From an uncultured Terracidiphilus sp. (lineage in GTDB: Bacteria; Acidobacteriota; Terriglobia; Terriglobales; Acidobacteriaceae), in NCBI GenBank assembly GCA_964533905.1, contig CAZHOO010000012.1, positions 1,983 to 65,982 of the forward strand: a DNA stretch of 64,000 bases, written 5' to 3'. The position numbers and the translations under genes were made by a program. The first letter of the stretch is position 1; each line of letters opens with the position of its first letter. Shown here piece after piece: positions 38,127 to 47,426 of this stretch. The notes below the pieces were generated by a model. That model had not been told where the DNA came from. It was given only the letters and a program-made list of their open reading frames with translations, and did no database searches.

Positions 38127-39584
38127 ATGGTAGATCGCCCGCTAATGACGAGAATCGGACTGTATTCGGAAGACCGTTCTTTGCACCCTCTTCTCTCTTC
38201 TGCCCTTGGTAAGGACTTTGAGGTCCTGCTCTTGCCGGATGGAGATGGAAGGGACGTCCTCGCGTCCTCAGCCGCCTGCGATGTCATGATCCTGGATTTG
38301 TATTCCCCGCAGGACATGCTTCAAAGCCGACTGGAATTCGCCCGACGCATGATCGGCTCCAGCATTCCGGCCATCCTCATGGCCGATGACAGCCTCCGCT
38401 CCACCGCCTTCGAGCTTGTTCGTTCCGGAGCATTTGGCTACTGTCGACGCCCGCCATCGATTCGCGATCTTAAAACCATGCTCGTCCGGGCTTGCGAGAC
38501 CTCATCGCTCAAGCAGCAGTTGCACAACGTGCAGCAGCGGATCGAGGAGCCGGGCAACTGCGACCGAATCATCGGATCCAGCCCCAGCATGCAACGCGTC
38601 TATCAATTAGTACGCAGCGTGACCAATCTCAATGCCGCTGTTCTGGTCACAGGCGACAGTGGAACCGGCAAAGAGCTGATCGCTCGCGCCATTCACAATC
38701 TAGGCAGCCGCGCGAACAAGCCCTTTGTAGCCGTCTCCTGCGGCGCGATTCCCGAAACCTTGATTGAAGCCGAGTTATTCGGCCATGAAAAAGGCGCCTT
38801 CACTGGCACGGTCGGCTCCCGCGAGGGCTACTTCGAGCAGGCCGCGGACGGGACACTCTTTCTCGATGAAATTGGCGACCTAAGCGTCTTCACCCAGGTC
38901 AAACTCCTCCGCGTCCTTCAACAGATGGAGTTCAGCCGCCTGGGATCGAATAAACTCATCCCTTTGCGCGCCCGGCTCATCTTCGCCACCCACCAGGACC
39001 TCGGCAAGTTGGTGGGTGAAGGCAAATTCCGTCAGGATCTCTTTTATCGCATCAACGTGATGCGCATCGATTCGCCTCAGCTTCAAGAGAGACCTGAAGA
39101 TATTCCTCTCATTGCCGGTCACTTCCTCCGCCACTACGCAAACGTCTTCCAAAAACCAATGGACTCGATCGAGCCGGCGGCGATGGAGATGCTCCAGAGC
39201 TATCCTTGGCCCGGAAATGTCCGCGAACTCGAAAACGTAATGCAGCGCTCCATCATTCTGGCGCCCGGCCGCGTCGTTCGCGCCGAAGACCTGAACCTTA
39301 AGCCTCACGAAACCGAAGAGGATGCTGGCGCCTTCGATCAGATCGTCGACATTGCCGATTACCAGCCATCTGGCTCGTTCGAGCGCCAGCTCCGTGACTA
39401 CAAAATCAGGCTTGCCGTCGCCGCTGTCCGCGAGAATAACGGAAACAAGACGATGGCCGCGCGAAGCCTCTCGATCTCGCGAGCTTATCTGCATCGGCTC
39501 CTGCGCCTCGCCGAGGACGAAACTCTGCCCGTGCCGGATCCTCTGTTCGCGGATCAGAAATCGCGCGAGACAGTCACCGCCTGA
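38127..39584 (+). CDS. sigma54-dependent enhancer-binding response regulator (NtrC family)
   Basis: REC, GDSGTGKE, ELFGHEKGAFTGT, LFLDEIG, FRQDLFYR, WPGNVREL, Fis-type HTH. Confidence 0.93.
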   Translation: MVDRPLMTRIGLYSEDRSLHPLLSSALGKDFEVLLLPDGDGRDVLASSAACDVMILDLYSPQDMLQSRLEFARRMIGSSIPAILMADDSLRSTAFELVRSGAFGYCRRPPSIRDLKTMLVRACETSSLKQQLHNVQQRIEEPGNCDRIIGSSPSMQRVYQLVRSVTNLNAAVLVTGDSGTGKELIARAIHNLGSRANKPFVAVSCGAIPETLIEAELFGHEKGAFTGTVGSREGYFEQAADGTLFLDEIGDLSVFTQVKLLRVLQQMEFSRLGSNKLIPLRARLIFATHQDLGKLVGEGKFRQDLFYRINVMRIDSPQLQERPEDIPLIAGHFLRHYANVFQKPMDSIEPAAMEMLQSYPWPGNVRELENVMQRSIILAPGRVVRAEDLNLKPHETEEDAGAFDQIVDIADYQPSGSFERQLRDYKIRLAVAAVRENNGNKTMAARSLSISRAYLHRLLRLAEDETLPVPDPLFADQKSRETVTA

Positions 39585-39665
39585 CGCTTCGCTTCACTCC
39601 GAAGCCTTAAGCGACCTTCATAGCCTGCGTGTCATCGGCAGACACCCATCTCCATCGGCATTGAT

Positions 39666-39920
39666 TCATGCGAAGTAATCTACTTGCCGCAAGGGAGCTT
39701 CTTCCAGATCCGGTTCGCGACTCGCAGTCTCGCTCTCAAGTGCGAGATCGTTGTCTTCGTTCTCTTCCGCGCCGGCGGCTTTTCTCCCATTCCGCTGTCT
39801 CGTGTCGTCTCTTGGCCTCGACGAGGCGTCGATATCGAAGATTGCCGGTGCGCGCATCTCATTCTGCGGCGGTCGCAGCGCGGCCACTGCGCGAATTCCC
39901 GGAATGGGTGCGATCTCCAC
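39666..39920 (-). CDS. Small acidic hypothetical protein ending VDYFA
   Basis: GTG start just downstream of a sigma28-like promoter; 84 aa. Confidence 0.55.
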   Translation of the reverse strand: MEIAPIPGIRAVAALRPPQNEMRAPAIFDIDASSRPRDDTRQRNGRKAAGAEENEDNDLALESETASREPDLEEAPLRQVDYFA

Positions 39921-39946
39921 TTTTAAATCCCGATTCCTGTCGCCCT

Positions 39947-39974
39947 CTATCGGCAAAAAAGGGGAAAGTCTTTA
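39947..39974 (-). promoter_or_regulatory. sigma28 (FliA/SigD)-like promoter
   Basis: TAAAG...GCCGATAG (TAAA-N16-GCCGATAG), 27 nt upstream of the GTG. Confidence 0.6.
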
Positions 39975-39988
39975 ATGTTGCGGTGCTT

Positions 39989-40013
39989 GGGGTGTCCGAT
40001 TCTCGGACACCCC
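39989..40013. terminator. Perfect hairpin after 40023-40916
   Basis: GGGGTGTCCGA-ttc-TCGGACACCCC. Confidence 0.6.
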
Positions 40014-40022
40014 TGATAAACA

Positions 40023-40916
40023 CTAATGATGCATCGCCAGGTTTGCGGCCGTCAGAGGGCTATCCGGTTTCAAGTTCTCTGGGCTCACATTCGCAGCTTC
40101 CGTCCTCCTCGGATTCTGATTCAGCAGCGCCAGCCCTTGCTCCAGGCTCATCCCCGAAGGGACAGGCGTAAAACCGCCACGGACCTCGCTGGTCTCTCGC
40201 GCAAATGTCTTAACTAGCAACGCGCGAATGTTCATGTGAACCTCGAGCGACTTCGTCTTCCAGTCGGTCTTACTCACTTGCTCGCGTTCGAGTCGGAACC
40301 ATCCACCTCTATACAGCCTTCCAAGAATGCCAAATCCAAAGTCGACGTTTTCATCCACGTGGCCTTCCAGCTTCGTCAATCGCTTCGAGCGCGCATCCAC
40401 CCACAACTTTCCGCTCATGGCATGAAAGATCCGCGCCTCGATGGTGCGCGATTCATCCTCGGGATTGGGTCGAAACCGCAGACGATAGCATCCATCCTCC
40501 TCGCCATCGTATTCATACACGAATGCTGTTGGCAAAAGCCTCAGGATTCGCCCGATTCGTTCCTCGTCCTCGTCGAATCTCCGCGACTGTCGAGCCTGAT
40601 CATCACGCGAGCTCAACAAGCGTTCTAGCCGATCCTGCTCCTGTTGCTCAGCCTCGGGCGACAGCTCGTGCCCATCGATCAGCGCCAGCCGTGAAATTGG
40701 CCCATCGGCGGTTTCAATTTGCTCTTCGACAATCGTCCTTGCTTGCGCCTGCTGTTGCACCCAATACCGCCATAACCCGTGCCGCGCGTGATCATCAAGC
40801 TCGTTGTACACGACTTCACGCACCAGCTGCCCCGCGGGTATTGGCATCTCAGCCAACGCGCTGCATGCGCCTTGCGTCACCATAAAAGTCGCCAACGTCG
40901 TCCAGAGCACGCGCAT
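40023..40916 (-). CDS. Exported hypothetical protein
   Basis: signal peptide (..SALA), beta-rich C-half with GKLWVD. Confidence 0.65.
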   Translation of the reverse strand: MRVLWTTLATFMVTQGACSALAEMPIPAGQLVREVVYNELDDHARHGLWRYWVQQQAQARTIVEEQIETADGPISRLALIDGHELSPEAEQQEQDRLERLLSSRDDQARQSRRFDEDEERIGRILRLLPTAFVYEYDGEEDGCYRLRFRPNPEDESRTIEARIFHAMSGKLWVDARSKRLTKLEGHVDENVDFGFGILGRLYRGGWFRLEREQVSKTDWKTKSLEVHMNIRALLVKTFARETSEVRGGFTPVPSGMSLEQGLALLNQNPRRTEAANVSPENLKPDSPLTAANLAMHH

Positions 40917-41210
40917 CGTTCGACCCCCGGCCGAAAAACCCTGACATGGATTCCGGACCTGTAAGCATCATGCTGGCGGAGCGGTAAAGGCCGGGAAAGA
41001 CGGCGATAAAAAGCCCAACAATTACGGCACAGGAACCTCACTAGCCAACGGTGGCTCCAACAGTTCCTGGCGTCTTGCCGAATCACCGGTGAGTGCCGAG
41101 CCGCTTTCAGTTGCTGCACTGCCGTTATCTCCAACCATGCAGTTCACGCGCCTTCAGCGCGCGTTCCGGATGGTACGATTTAGTTGCATCCGCACGGGAG
41201 GTCAGTACCC

Positions 41211-42569
41211 ATGAACGAGAATTCTGCGTCCGCAACCCTTACCAGTGAAGAGATTTCCGGCATCACGCGCCAGAATAATTACGGCACGTGGCGCTTCCAG
41301 AAAACCTGGAAACCGCTCTACATCGCTGACGCCGAAGGTTGCTGGTTTATTGATGGTGCGGGCAAGCGATACCTCGATTTCAGCTCGCAGCTGATGTGCG
41401 TCAATCTGGGCCACAAGAATCCTCGCGTAGTCGAGGCCATCGCCGAACAGGCCCGCGAACTTTGCTATGTCGCGCCGGGATACGCCACCGCGGCACGCGC
41501 CCGCCTAAGTTCGAAGCTCCTCGAAGTTCTTCCTGAAGGAATAGAAAAGTTCTTCTTCACCACCAGTGGCACTGAAGCCAATGAAGCTGCTTTCAAGATC
41601 GCTCGGATGTATACCGGCAAGAACAAGATCATCTCGCGCTATCGCTCTTATCACGGCTCAACCGCTGGATCGATCGCCGCAACCGGAGATCCACGCCGCT
41701 GGGCTATGGAACCGGCCGGAAAGATCGCTGACGTTGTCTTCGCGCCGGAGGTCAATTGTTACGACTGCCCCATCAAACACACCTATCCGGCCTGCAACAT
41801 CGCCTGCGCCGACTACATCGAGCACATGATCCGCAACGAAAGCGACGTCGCCGCCATCATCTTTGAGCCCGTCGTCGGCACCAACGGAGTCCTCGTTCCG
41901 CCGCCTGAGTACTTCCCTCGCTTGAGCGAAATCTGCGACCGCCATGGAGTGCTCATGATCGCCGACGAAGTGATGGCTGGCTGGGGCCGCACCGGCAAGT
42001 GGTTTTCCGTCGACAATTGGAACCTCAAGCCCGACATCCTCGTCACCGCCAAGGGCATCACGTCGGCCTACGTTCCTCTCGGCCTTTGCGCCACTACCGC
42101 CAAAATCGCCGACTACTTCGAGGACCATTACTTTTCGCATGGCCACACCTACGAGGCGCACCCCCTCACGCTCGGCCCCGCCGTTGCCACCATCGAAGAG
42201 ATGCAGCGCCTCAAGCTCGTCGATCGCGCGAAAGAGCTGGAGCCCTACGTCCGGCAAAAACTCTCCGCGCTCAAGGATAAACATCCATCCGTTGGCGACG
42301 TGCGAGGCCTCGGTCTCTTCTTTGCCGTCGAAATTGTGAAGAATCGCAAGACCAAGCAGCTCTTCAACACCATGCGCGATAAGGTGGAAGGCAAGCCGCT
42401 CGTCGTCGATCAAATCGCCGCCAGGATGATGGCGCAGGGCGTATCGATCCAGGCTTGGGTGAGCCACTTCGTCATCGCCCCACCGCTTATCGTCACCAAG
42501 GAAGAGCTCGACCTCGGCATCGCGGCCCTCGACGAACACCTCGCCATCGCCGACGCGCTGGTAGAGTAG
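41211..42569 (+). CDS. Class III aminotransferase, probable beta-alanine transaminase (PydD role)
   Basis: YLDFSSQ, SGTEANE, SYHGST, IADEVMAGWGRTG, TAKG; converges on the pyd operon. Confidence 0.88.
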   Translation: MNENSASATLTSEEISGITRQNNYGTWRFQKTWKPLYIADAEGCWFIDGAGKRYLDFSSQLMCVNLGHKNPRVVEAIAEQARELCYVAPGYATAARARLSSKLLEVLPEGIEKFFFTTSGTEANEAAFKIARMYTGKNKIISRYRSYHGSTAGSIAATGDPRRWAMEPAGKIADVVFAPEVNCYDCPIKHTYPACNIACADYIEHMIRNESDVAAIIFEPVVGTNGVLVPPPEYFPRLSEICDRHGVLMIADEVMAGWGRTGKWFSVDNWNLKPDILVTAKGITSAYVPLGLCATTAKIADYFEDHYFSHGHTYEAHPLTLGPAVATIEEMQRLKLVDRAKELEPYVRQKLSALKDKHPSVGDVRGLGLFFAVEIVKNRKTKQLFNTMRDKVEGKPLVVDQIAARMMAQGVSIQAWVSHFVIAPPLIVTKEELDLGIAALDEHLAIADALVE

Positions 42570-42609
42570 TTGTTGGCAATGTGGGCGAGAAGCTCACTCA
42601 TAGATGATT

Positions 42610-42769
42610 TGTCATCCTGAGCGAAGCAGGCCGCGGGTAGCGCGGCCTGCGCAGTCGAAAGCCTGCCCTGAGCGGAGATCGTTCGCCGCGGCGAACGATC
42701 GAAGTCGAACGGGGATCTGCGGTTGCTTTTGTTCTTCCTGTTCCCTATTCCCTGTTCCCTGTGCCCTAC
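42610..42769. repeat. TGTCATCCTGAGCG-type nested palindromic repeat followed by TCCCTGT heptamers
   Basis: gtcatcctgagcg...gtcgaa..gccctgagcg...gtcgaa..ggatct with two internal hairpins; 7-mer tandem at 42735-42769. Confidence 0.65.
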
Positions 42770-42771
42770 CT

Positions 42772-44187
42772 TCACGCCACTTCTTCCGCGCTCTCCGACA
42801 CTGCGGCCGGCGCTGCCAGCTTCATCATCGCTAAATAGGACGCGCCTGCCGTAAAGAACCCCACAAACCACGCGTAGTCGTAAAGGAAGTGCAGCTGCTT
42901 GACGAAGACGCCGATGAGCGCGATTCCCACTCCGAGCGCCAGGGCAATCACCGCCCTCGGATTCACCCCCTTGGTGTAGTGGTACACGCCCTCGCGATGA
43001 TAAAGCGAGTTCACATCCAGCTCCGTCCCGCGGATGAAGAAGTAATCGCACACCATGATTCCGGCCACCGGCCCCAGCAGTCCCGAATAGCCGATGAGCC
43101 ATCCGAAGATATACGCATCCGGCGTGGCCAGCAGCTTCCACGGGCACATCGCTAGCCCTAGAAATCCGGTAATCAACCCACCGGTCCTGAAGCTGATCAA
43201 CCGCGGATACAAATTTGAAAAGTCGTTTGACGGCGAAACTACATTCGCTCCGATGTTCACGTTCAATGTCGCCACCAGCACCGCAATCAGCGCCAGGAAC
43301 GCGACAAATGGCTGGTGGAACATTCCGATCAATTGCACCGGGTCCCAGATCGGCTTACCAAACAGCACCACTGAAGCTGACGTCACCGCGATTCCAAGAA
43401 ATGTGTACAGCACCATCGCCACCGGCAACCCGAACGCCTGCCCCCACGACTGCGCGCTTTGAGATTTCGAATACCGCGTGAAATCCGGAATGTTCAGTGC
43501 GAGCGTTGCCCAATATCCCACCATCGCTGTCAGCGACGGGAAGAATACAGCTAGAAACTCGCTTCTCGAGTGAAACTGACTCGGCGTCGACAGCATCGCA
43601 CCAAAGCTCCCCGCCTTCATCCGCACCCAAATCAACAGCGCCAACGCCATCACGAACATGAACGGCGCGCCGAATGCCTGCAGCCGGCGAATCGACTCCA
43701 CGCCCCGCCACACCACCACCATATTCAGCAGCCAAAAGCCCAGAAAGCATGCCCACAGAATGCCCGCATTACCCGCCGCGCTCGGCCAGATCACGATCAG
43801 CATCGCGTCAATCGCGCTTCCGCCGATCCACGCTTGAATCCCGAACCATCCGCACGCCACCACGGCTCGCAACAGCGCCGCCAGGTTCGCGCCGCGCACT
43901 CCAAACGATGCCCGCAGAAACACCGGAAACGGGATCCCGTACTTCGCGCCCGCATGAGCATTCAGCAGCATGGGAACCAGCACAATCAGATTCCCCAACA
44001 GCACAGTCCCGATCGCCTGCTTCCAATCCATCCCCTTCGCGATCAGCCCAGACGCCAGCCGGTATGTCGTGATCTCCATGCACATCGAAAACCATAGCGC
44101 CGTGTAGTTGTAAAAGCCCCACGTGCGCTGCGCCGGAGTCGTCGGTGTCAGGTCGCGATTGGATAGGGATGGATCGACGCTGCTCAC
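42772..44187 (-). CDS. NCS1 nucleobase:cation symporter (PydP-like)
   Basis: KYGIPFPV, RASFG, CGWFGIQ, LNIPDFTRY, ANVVSP; GGAGG RBS before GTG. Confidence 0.92.
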   Translation of the reverse strand: MSSVDPSLSNRDLTPTTPAQRTWGFYNYTALWFSMCMEITTYRLASGLIAKGMDWKQAIGTVLLGNLIVLVPMLLNAHAGAKYGIPFPVFLRASFGVRGANLAALLRAVVACGWFGIQAWIGGSAIDAMLIVIWPSAAGNAGILWACFLGFWLLNMVVVWRGVESIRRLQAFGAPFMFVMALALLIWVRMKAGSFGAMLSTPSQFHSRSEFLAVFFPSLTAMVGYWATLALNIPDFTRYSKSQSAQSWGQAFGLPVAMVLYTFLGIAVTSASVVLFGKPIWDPVQLIGMFHQPFVAFLALIAVLVATLNVNIGANVVSPSNDFSNLYPRLISFRTGGLITGFLGLAMCPWKLLATPDAYIFGWLIGYSGLLGPVAGIMVCDYFFIRGTELDVNSLYHREGVYHYTKGVNPRAVIALALGVGIALIGVFVKQLHFLYDYAWFVGFFTAGASYLAMMKLAAPAAVSESAEEVA

Positions 44188-44236
44188 GGACCTCCTCCGT
44201 GGATCTGGGGATGGATTCAACTAAAGTAAGACAAAT

Positions 44237-44273
44237 GGGTGCCCCGGGTCTCGTGTTTGAGACTCGGGATAGC
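44237..44273. repeat. GGGTGCCCC-type REP-like hairpin, copy 1
   Basis: GGGTGCCCCGGGTCTC..GAGACTCGGGATAGC; near-identical at 51935-51971. Confidence 0.75.
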
Positions 44274-44327
44274 ACGAATCTTGACTTCGCACGACAAGCT
44301 AAAAGCTAATGGCTGAAAGCTGCTTTT

Positions 44328-45725
44328 TTACTTCCACGCCCCGCCCCGCGCCTCGCGCCGCAGGTACTTCCCTCGCCCCGGATTCCCAATAAACTTTCCG
44401 CCACTCACAATCAACTCGCCGCGCGAATAAACGTCACGCGCATTTCCCCGCACCCTGAATCCCTCAAACATTGAGTAATCCACGCGCATGGCTTGCGTCT
44501 TGGCGCTGATCGTGTAATTCTCCGCAGGATCCCAAAGCACCAGGTCCGCGTCGCTGCCCGCCTGCAACACGCCTTTCTTCGGATACATCCCAAAGATCCG
44601 CGCCGGCGCTGTCGAAACCAATTCAACAAACCGGTTGATCGAAAAATTTCCCTGCCCCACGCCGTGATGATGCAGCAATTGCAACCGATTCTCGATTCCC
44701 GGTCCGCCGTTCGGAATCTTTGTGAAATCGTCCTTGCCCAGCGCCTTTTGATCTTCGAAACAAAACGGGCAATGATCCGTCGAAACCACCTGCAAATTGT
44801 CCTTCTTCAGGCCCTCCCACAGCTTCGGCTGATTCTTCTTTTCGCGCAGCGGCGGTGTGAAGACGTACTTCGCGCCTTCCCAGCCCTTGCCTTCCATGTT
44901 GTCTTCGATCGAGAGCAGCAGATATTGGGGGCACGTCTCGGCGAATGCCGGCAGCCCGCGATCACGCGCCTCGCGCACCTGGTTCAGCGCATCCTCACTC
45001 GATAGATGCACGATGTAAATCGGCACGCCGGCAATCTCCGCCATCGCAATCGCGCGATGCACAGCTTCTGCTTCGGCCTTAGTCGGCCGCGTCAACGCAT
45101 GATAAATCGGTGCAGTCTTTCCCTCGGCCAGCGCTTGCTGCACAATCACGTCGATCACCGAGCCATTTTCTGCATGCATGCAAATTAACGCGCCATTCTT
45201 CGCCGTTTGCTTCAGCGCCTTGAAGATCGTTGCGTCATCCACCATCAGCACGTTCGGATACGCCATGAACAGCTTGAAACTGGCGACGCCCTCGCGCACC
45301 ATCTCGTCCATGTCTTCCAGGCCCGCATCCGGCAAATCCGTCACAATCATGTGCAGCCCGTAATCGATGCACGCCTTGCCATCGGCCTTCTTCCACCATG
45401 TATCCAGCGCCGTCCGCATCTTGGTGCCCTTCGCCTGGATGGCAAAGTCCACAATGGTCGTCGTCCCGCCAATCGCCGCAGCCCTCGTCCCCGTCTCAAA
45501 GTCGTCCGCCGACTTCGACCCTCCAAATGGCATATCGAGATGCGTATGCGCGTCAATCCCGCCCGGCAGCACCAAAAGGCCCGTCGCGTCGACCACTTTG
45601 TCCGCCGCGCTCGCTGGAATCCCCGCGCGCACTTCCCTGATCACCGCGCCATCGATCAGCAAATCCGCCTTCACGCTGGCATCGGCATTCACAATCGTTC
45701 CGTTTTGAATCAATACTATCGGCAA
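44328..45725 (-). CDS. hydA: Dihydropyrimidinase (D-hydantoinase)
   Basis: PGGIDAHTH, GGTTTIVDF, SFKLFMAY, HAENG, STDHCPF, IPNGGPG. Confidence 0.95.
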   Translation of the reverse strand: MPIVLIQNGTIVNADASVKADLLIDGAVIREVRAGIPASAADKVVDATGLLVLPGGIDAHTHLDMPFGGSKSADDFETGTRAAAIGGTTTIVDFAIQAKGTKMRTALDTWWKKADGKACIDYGLHMIVTDLPDAGLEDMDEMVREGVASFKLFMAYPNVLMVDDATIFKALKQTAKNGALICMHAENGSVIDVIVQQALAEGKTAPIYHALTRPTKAEAEAVHRAIAMAEIAGVPIYIVHLSSEDALNQVREARDRGLPAFAETCPQYLLLSIEDNMEGKGWEGAKYVFTPPLREKKNQPKLWEGLKKDNLQVVSTDHCPFCFEDQKALGKDDFTKIPNGGPGIENRLQLLHHHGVGQGNFSINRFVELVSTAPARIFGMYPKKGVLQAGSDADLVLWDPAENYTISAKTQAMRVDYSMFEGFRVRGNARDVYSRGELIVSGGKFIGNPGRGKYLRREARGGAWK

Positions 45726-45762
45726 GATCGTTTTTCCTTCCCGGTTCGCGTTCAACGCCAAT

Positions 45763-46011
45763 TCAAAACCAATATTTTTTCATCTCTAGCAAGAACTCTG
45801 GAGTTAGATTCTCCGATTCGGGCAACACCGCGTCAACAAAACAGTAAGGACAGACCGCGCATTCGCCGGGAGTCCATATCTCTATTTCAGCCGGCGCAAA
45901 AATAGCTAAGCAAAAGCAACACCCGACCTTACTGCTCGCCAGAACGCGATTTTTGTGGTTCTGACCCGGACCGCAGTCCTTGTGTGCCGATTGAAAGGGC
46001 TCCGGGATCAT
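45763..46011 (-). CDS. Small Cys-rich putative metal-binding protein
   Basis: AHK, GCCFC, CAVCPYC; ends KYWF; AT-richer than its flanks. Confidence 0.6.
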   Translation of the reverse strand: MIPEPFQSAHKDCGPGQNHKNRVLASSKVGCCFCLAIFAPAEIEIWTPGECAVCPYCFVDAVLPESENLTPEFLLEMKKYWF

Positions 46012-47426
46012 GGCGCTTGCGTCTGCGTCACGCACGCCGCTCCCCTCGTTCGTTCATCCCACGTCTCCGGCTTCAGTCCCGTGTCCACCTGCACCATCGT
46101 GATGCATCCATCCACCGGGCAAACAAGCGAGCATAAATTGCAGCCCACGCACTCCGTCTCGTCCACCCGCGGAATTCGTTCGAGCGGTGTCGGGTACGGT
46201 CCCTGCGCAAATGCCACCGCGCGTTCTTTCCGCGTCACCGGAGTCTCCGCAATCGACGTACGGCTCTCTGCTTCCTCAGCCGCAGGCGTCCGGTGCAGCT
46301 CCACATGCCCATCCACAGGCCCCGTCACGCGATCCAAATGAATGCACTGGTGCGCGCCGTCCCAGCACGCAATGTGGCACAAGTCGCAGCCAATGCACTT
46401 CTGTTCCTCGATGTGCGCCACGATCTTGTAGTTAAGGTTCAGGTGCTTCCACTCCGTGACGCGATTGAGCGATAACCCGCGGAAATCCTCGATCGTCTTG
46501 AACCCCTTCTCGCGCATCCAGTTGTCTAGCCCCTCGGCCATGTCCTCAACAATCCGATAGCCGTAGTGCATCACCGCCGTGCACACCTGCACCGTCCCAC
46601 ACCCCAGCAACAAAAACTCCGTCGCATCGCGCCACGTCCCAATGCCGCCGATCCCCGAAAGCGGCAGCGCCGCTTCAGGATCAGCCAGAATCTGCTGCAC
46701 CATGTTCAGCGCGATCGGTTTCACCGCCGGCCCGCAATACCCTCCGTGCGAGCTCTTCCCGTCCACGTTCGGCCGCGGCACGAATGTATCCAGGTCGATT
46801 CCCGTAATCGAATTGATCGTATTAATCGCCGACAATCCATCCGCGCCGCCACGTTTCGCTGCCCGCGCTACCGTGCGAATGTCGCTTATATTCGGCGTCA
46901 GCTTAACCAGCACTGGCGTGCGCGCTTTCTCCTTTACCCACGCGGTAATCATCTCCGCGTACTCCGGAACCTGCCCCACCGCCGAGCCCATTCCCCGCTC
47001 GCTCATGCCGTGCGGGCAGCCGAAATTCAATTCCAGCCCATCCGCTCCCGCGTCCTCGGCCCGCGTCACGATCTCGTGCCACGCTTCGCGCGTCGAGGCC
47101 ACCATCAGCGACGCGATCACCGCGTTCTTCGGATAGCGCTTCTTCACTTCCGCCATCTCGCGCAGATTCTGTTCAACGGTCCGGTCGCTGATCAATTCAA
47201 TATTGTTAAAACCAACGACGCGCTGCCCGTTCCAGTCCATCGCCGAATAGCGCGAGCTCACGTTGGTAATGGGCTCGCCGATCGTCTTCCACACCGCGCC
47301 ACCCCATCCCGCGTCGAAAGCGCGCATGATCATCTCGCCCGTATTCGTTGGCGGCGCACTCGCCAGCCAGAACGGATTCGGCGAGTTGATTTTCCCTGCA
47401 AAATTCCGGACCTCGATATCAGGCAT
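46008..47426 (-). CDS. preA: Dihydropyrimidine dehydrogenase subunit PreA
   Basis: NPFWLASAPPT, NNIELIS, ELNFGCPHGM, KLTPN, INT, two CxxCxxC Fe-S motifs. Confidence 0.95.
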   Translation of the reverse strand: MPDIEVRNFAGKINSPNPFWLASAPPTNTGEMIMRAFDAGWGGAVWKTIGEPITNVSSRYSAMDWNGQRVVGFNNIELISDRTVEQNLREMAEVKKRYPKNAVIASLMVASTREAWHEIVTRAEDAGADGLELNFGCPHGMSERGMGSAVGQVPEYAEMITAWVKEKARTPVLVKLTPNISDIRTVARAAKRGGADGLSAINTINSITGIDLDTFVPRPNVDGKSSHGGYCGPAVKPIALNMVQQILADPEAALPLSGIGGIGTWRDATEFLLLGCGTVQVCTAVMHYGYRIVEDMAEGLDNWMREKGFKTIEDFRGLSLNRVTEWKHLNLNYKIVAHIEEQKCIGCDLCHIACWDGAHQCIHLDRVTGPVDGHVELHRTPAAEEAESRTSIAETPVTRKERAVAFAQGPYPTPLERIPRVDETECVGCNLCSLVCPVDGCITMVQVDTGLKPETWDERTRGAACVTQTQAP

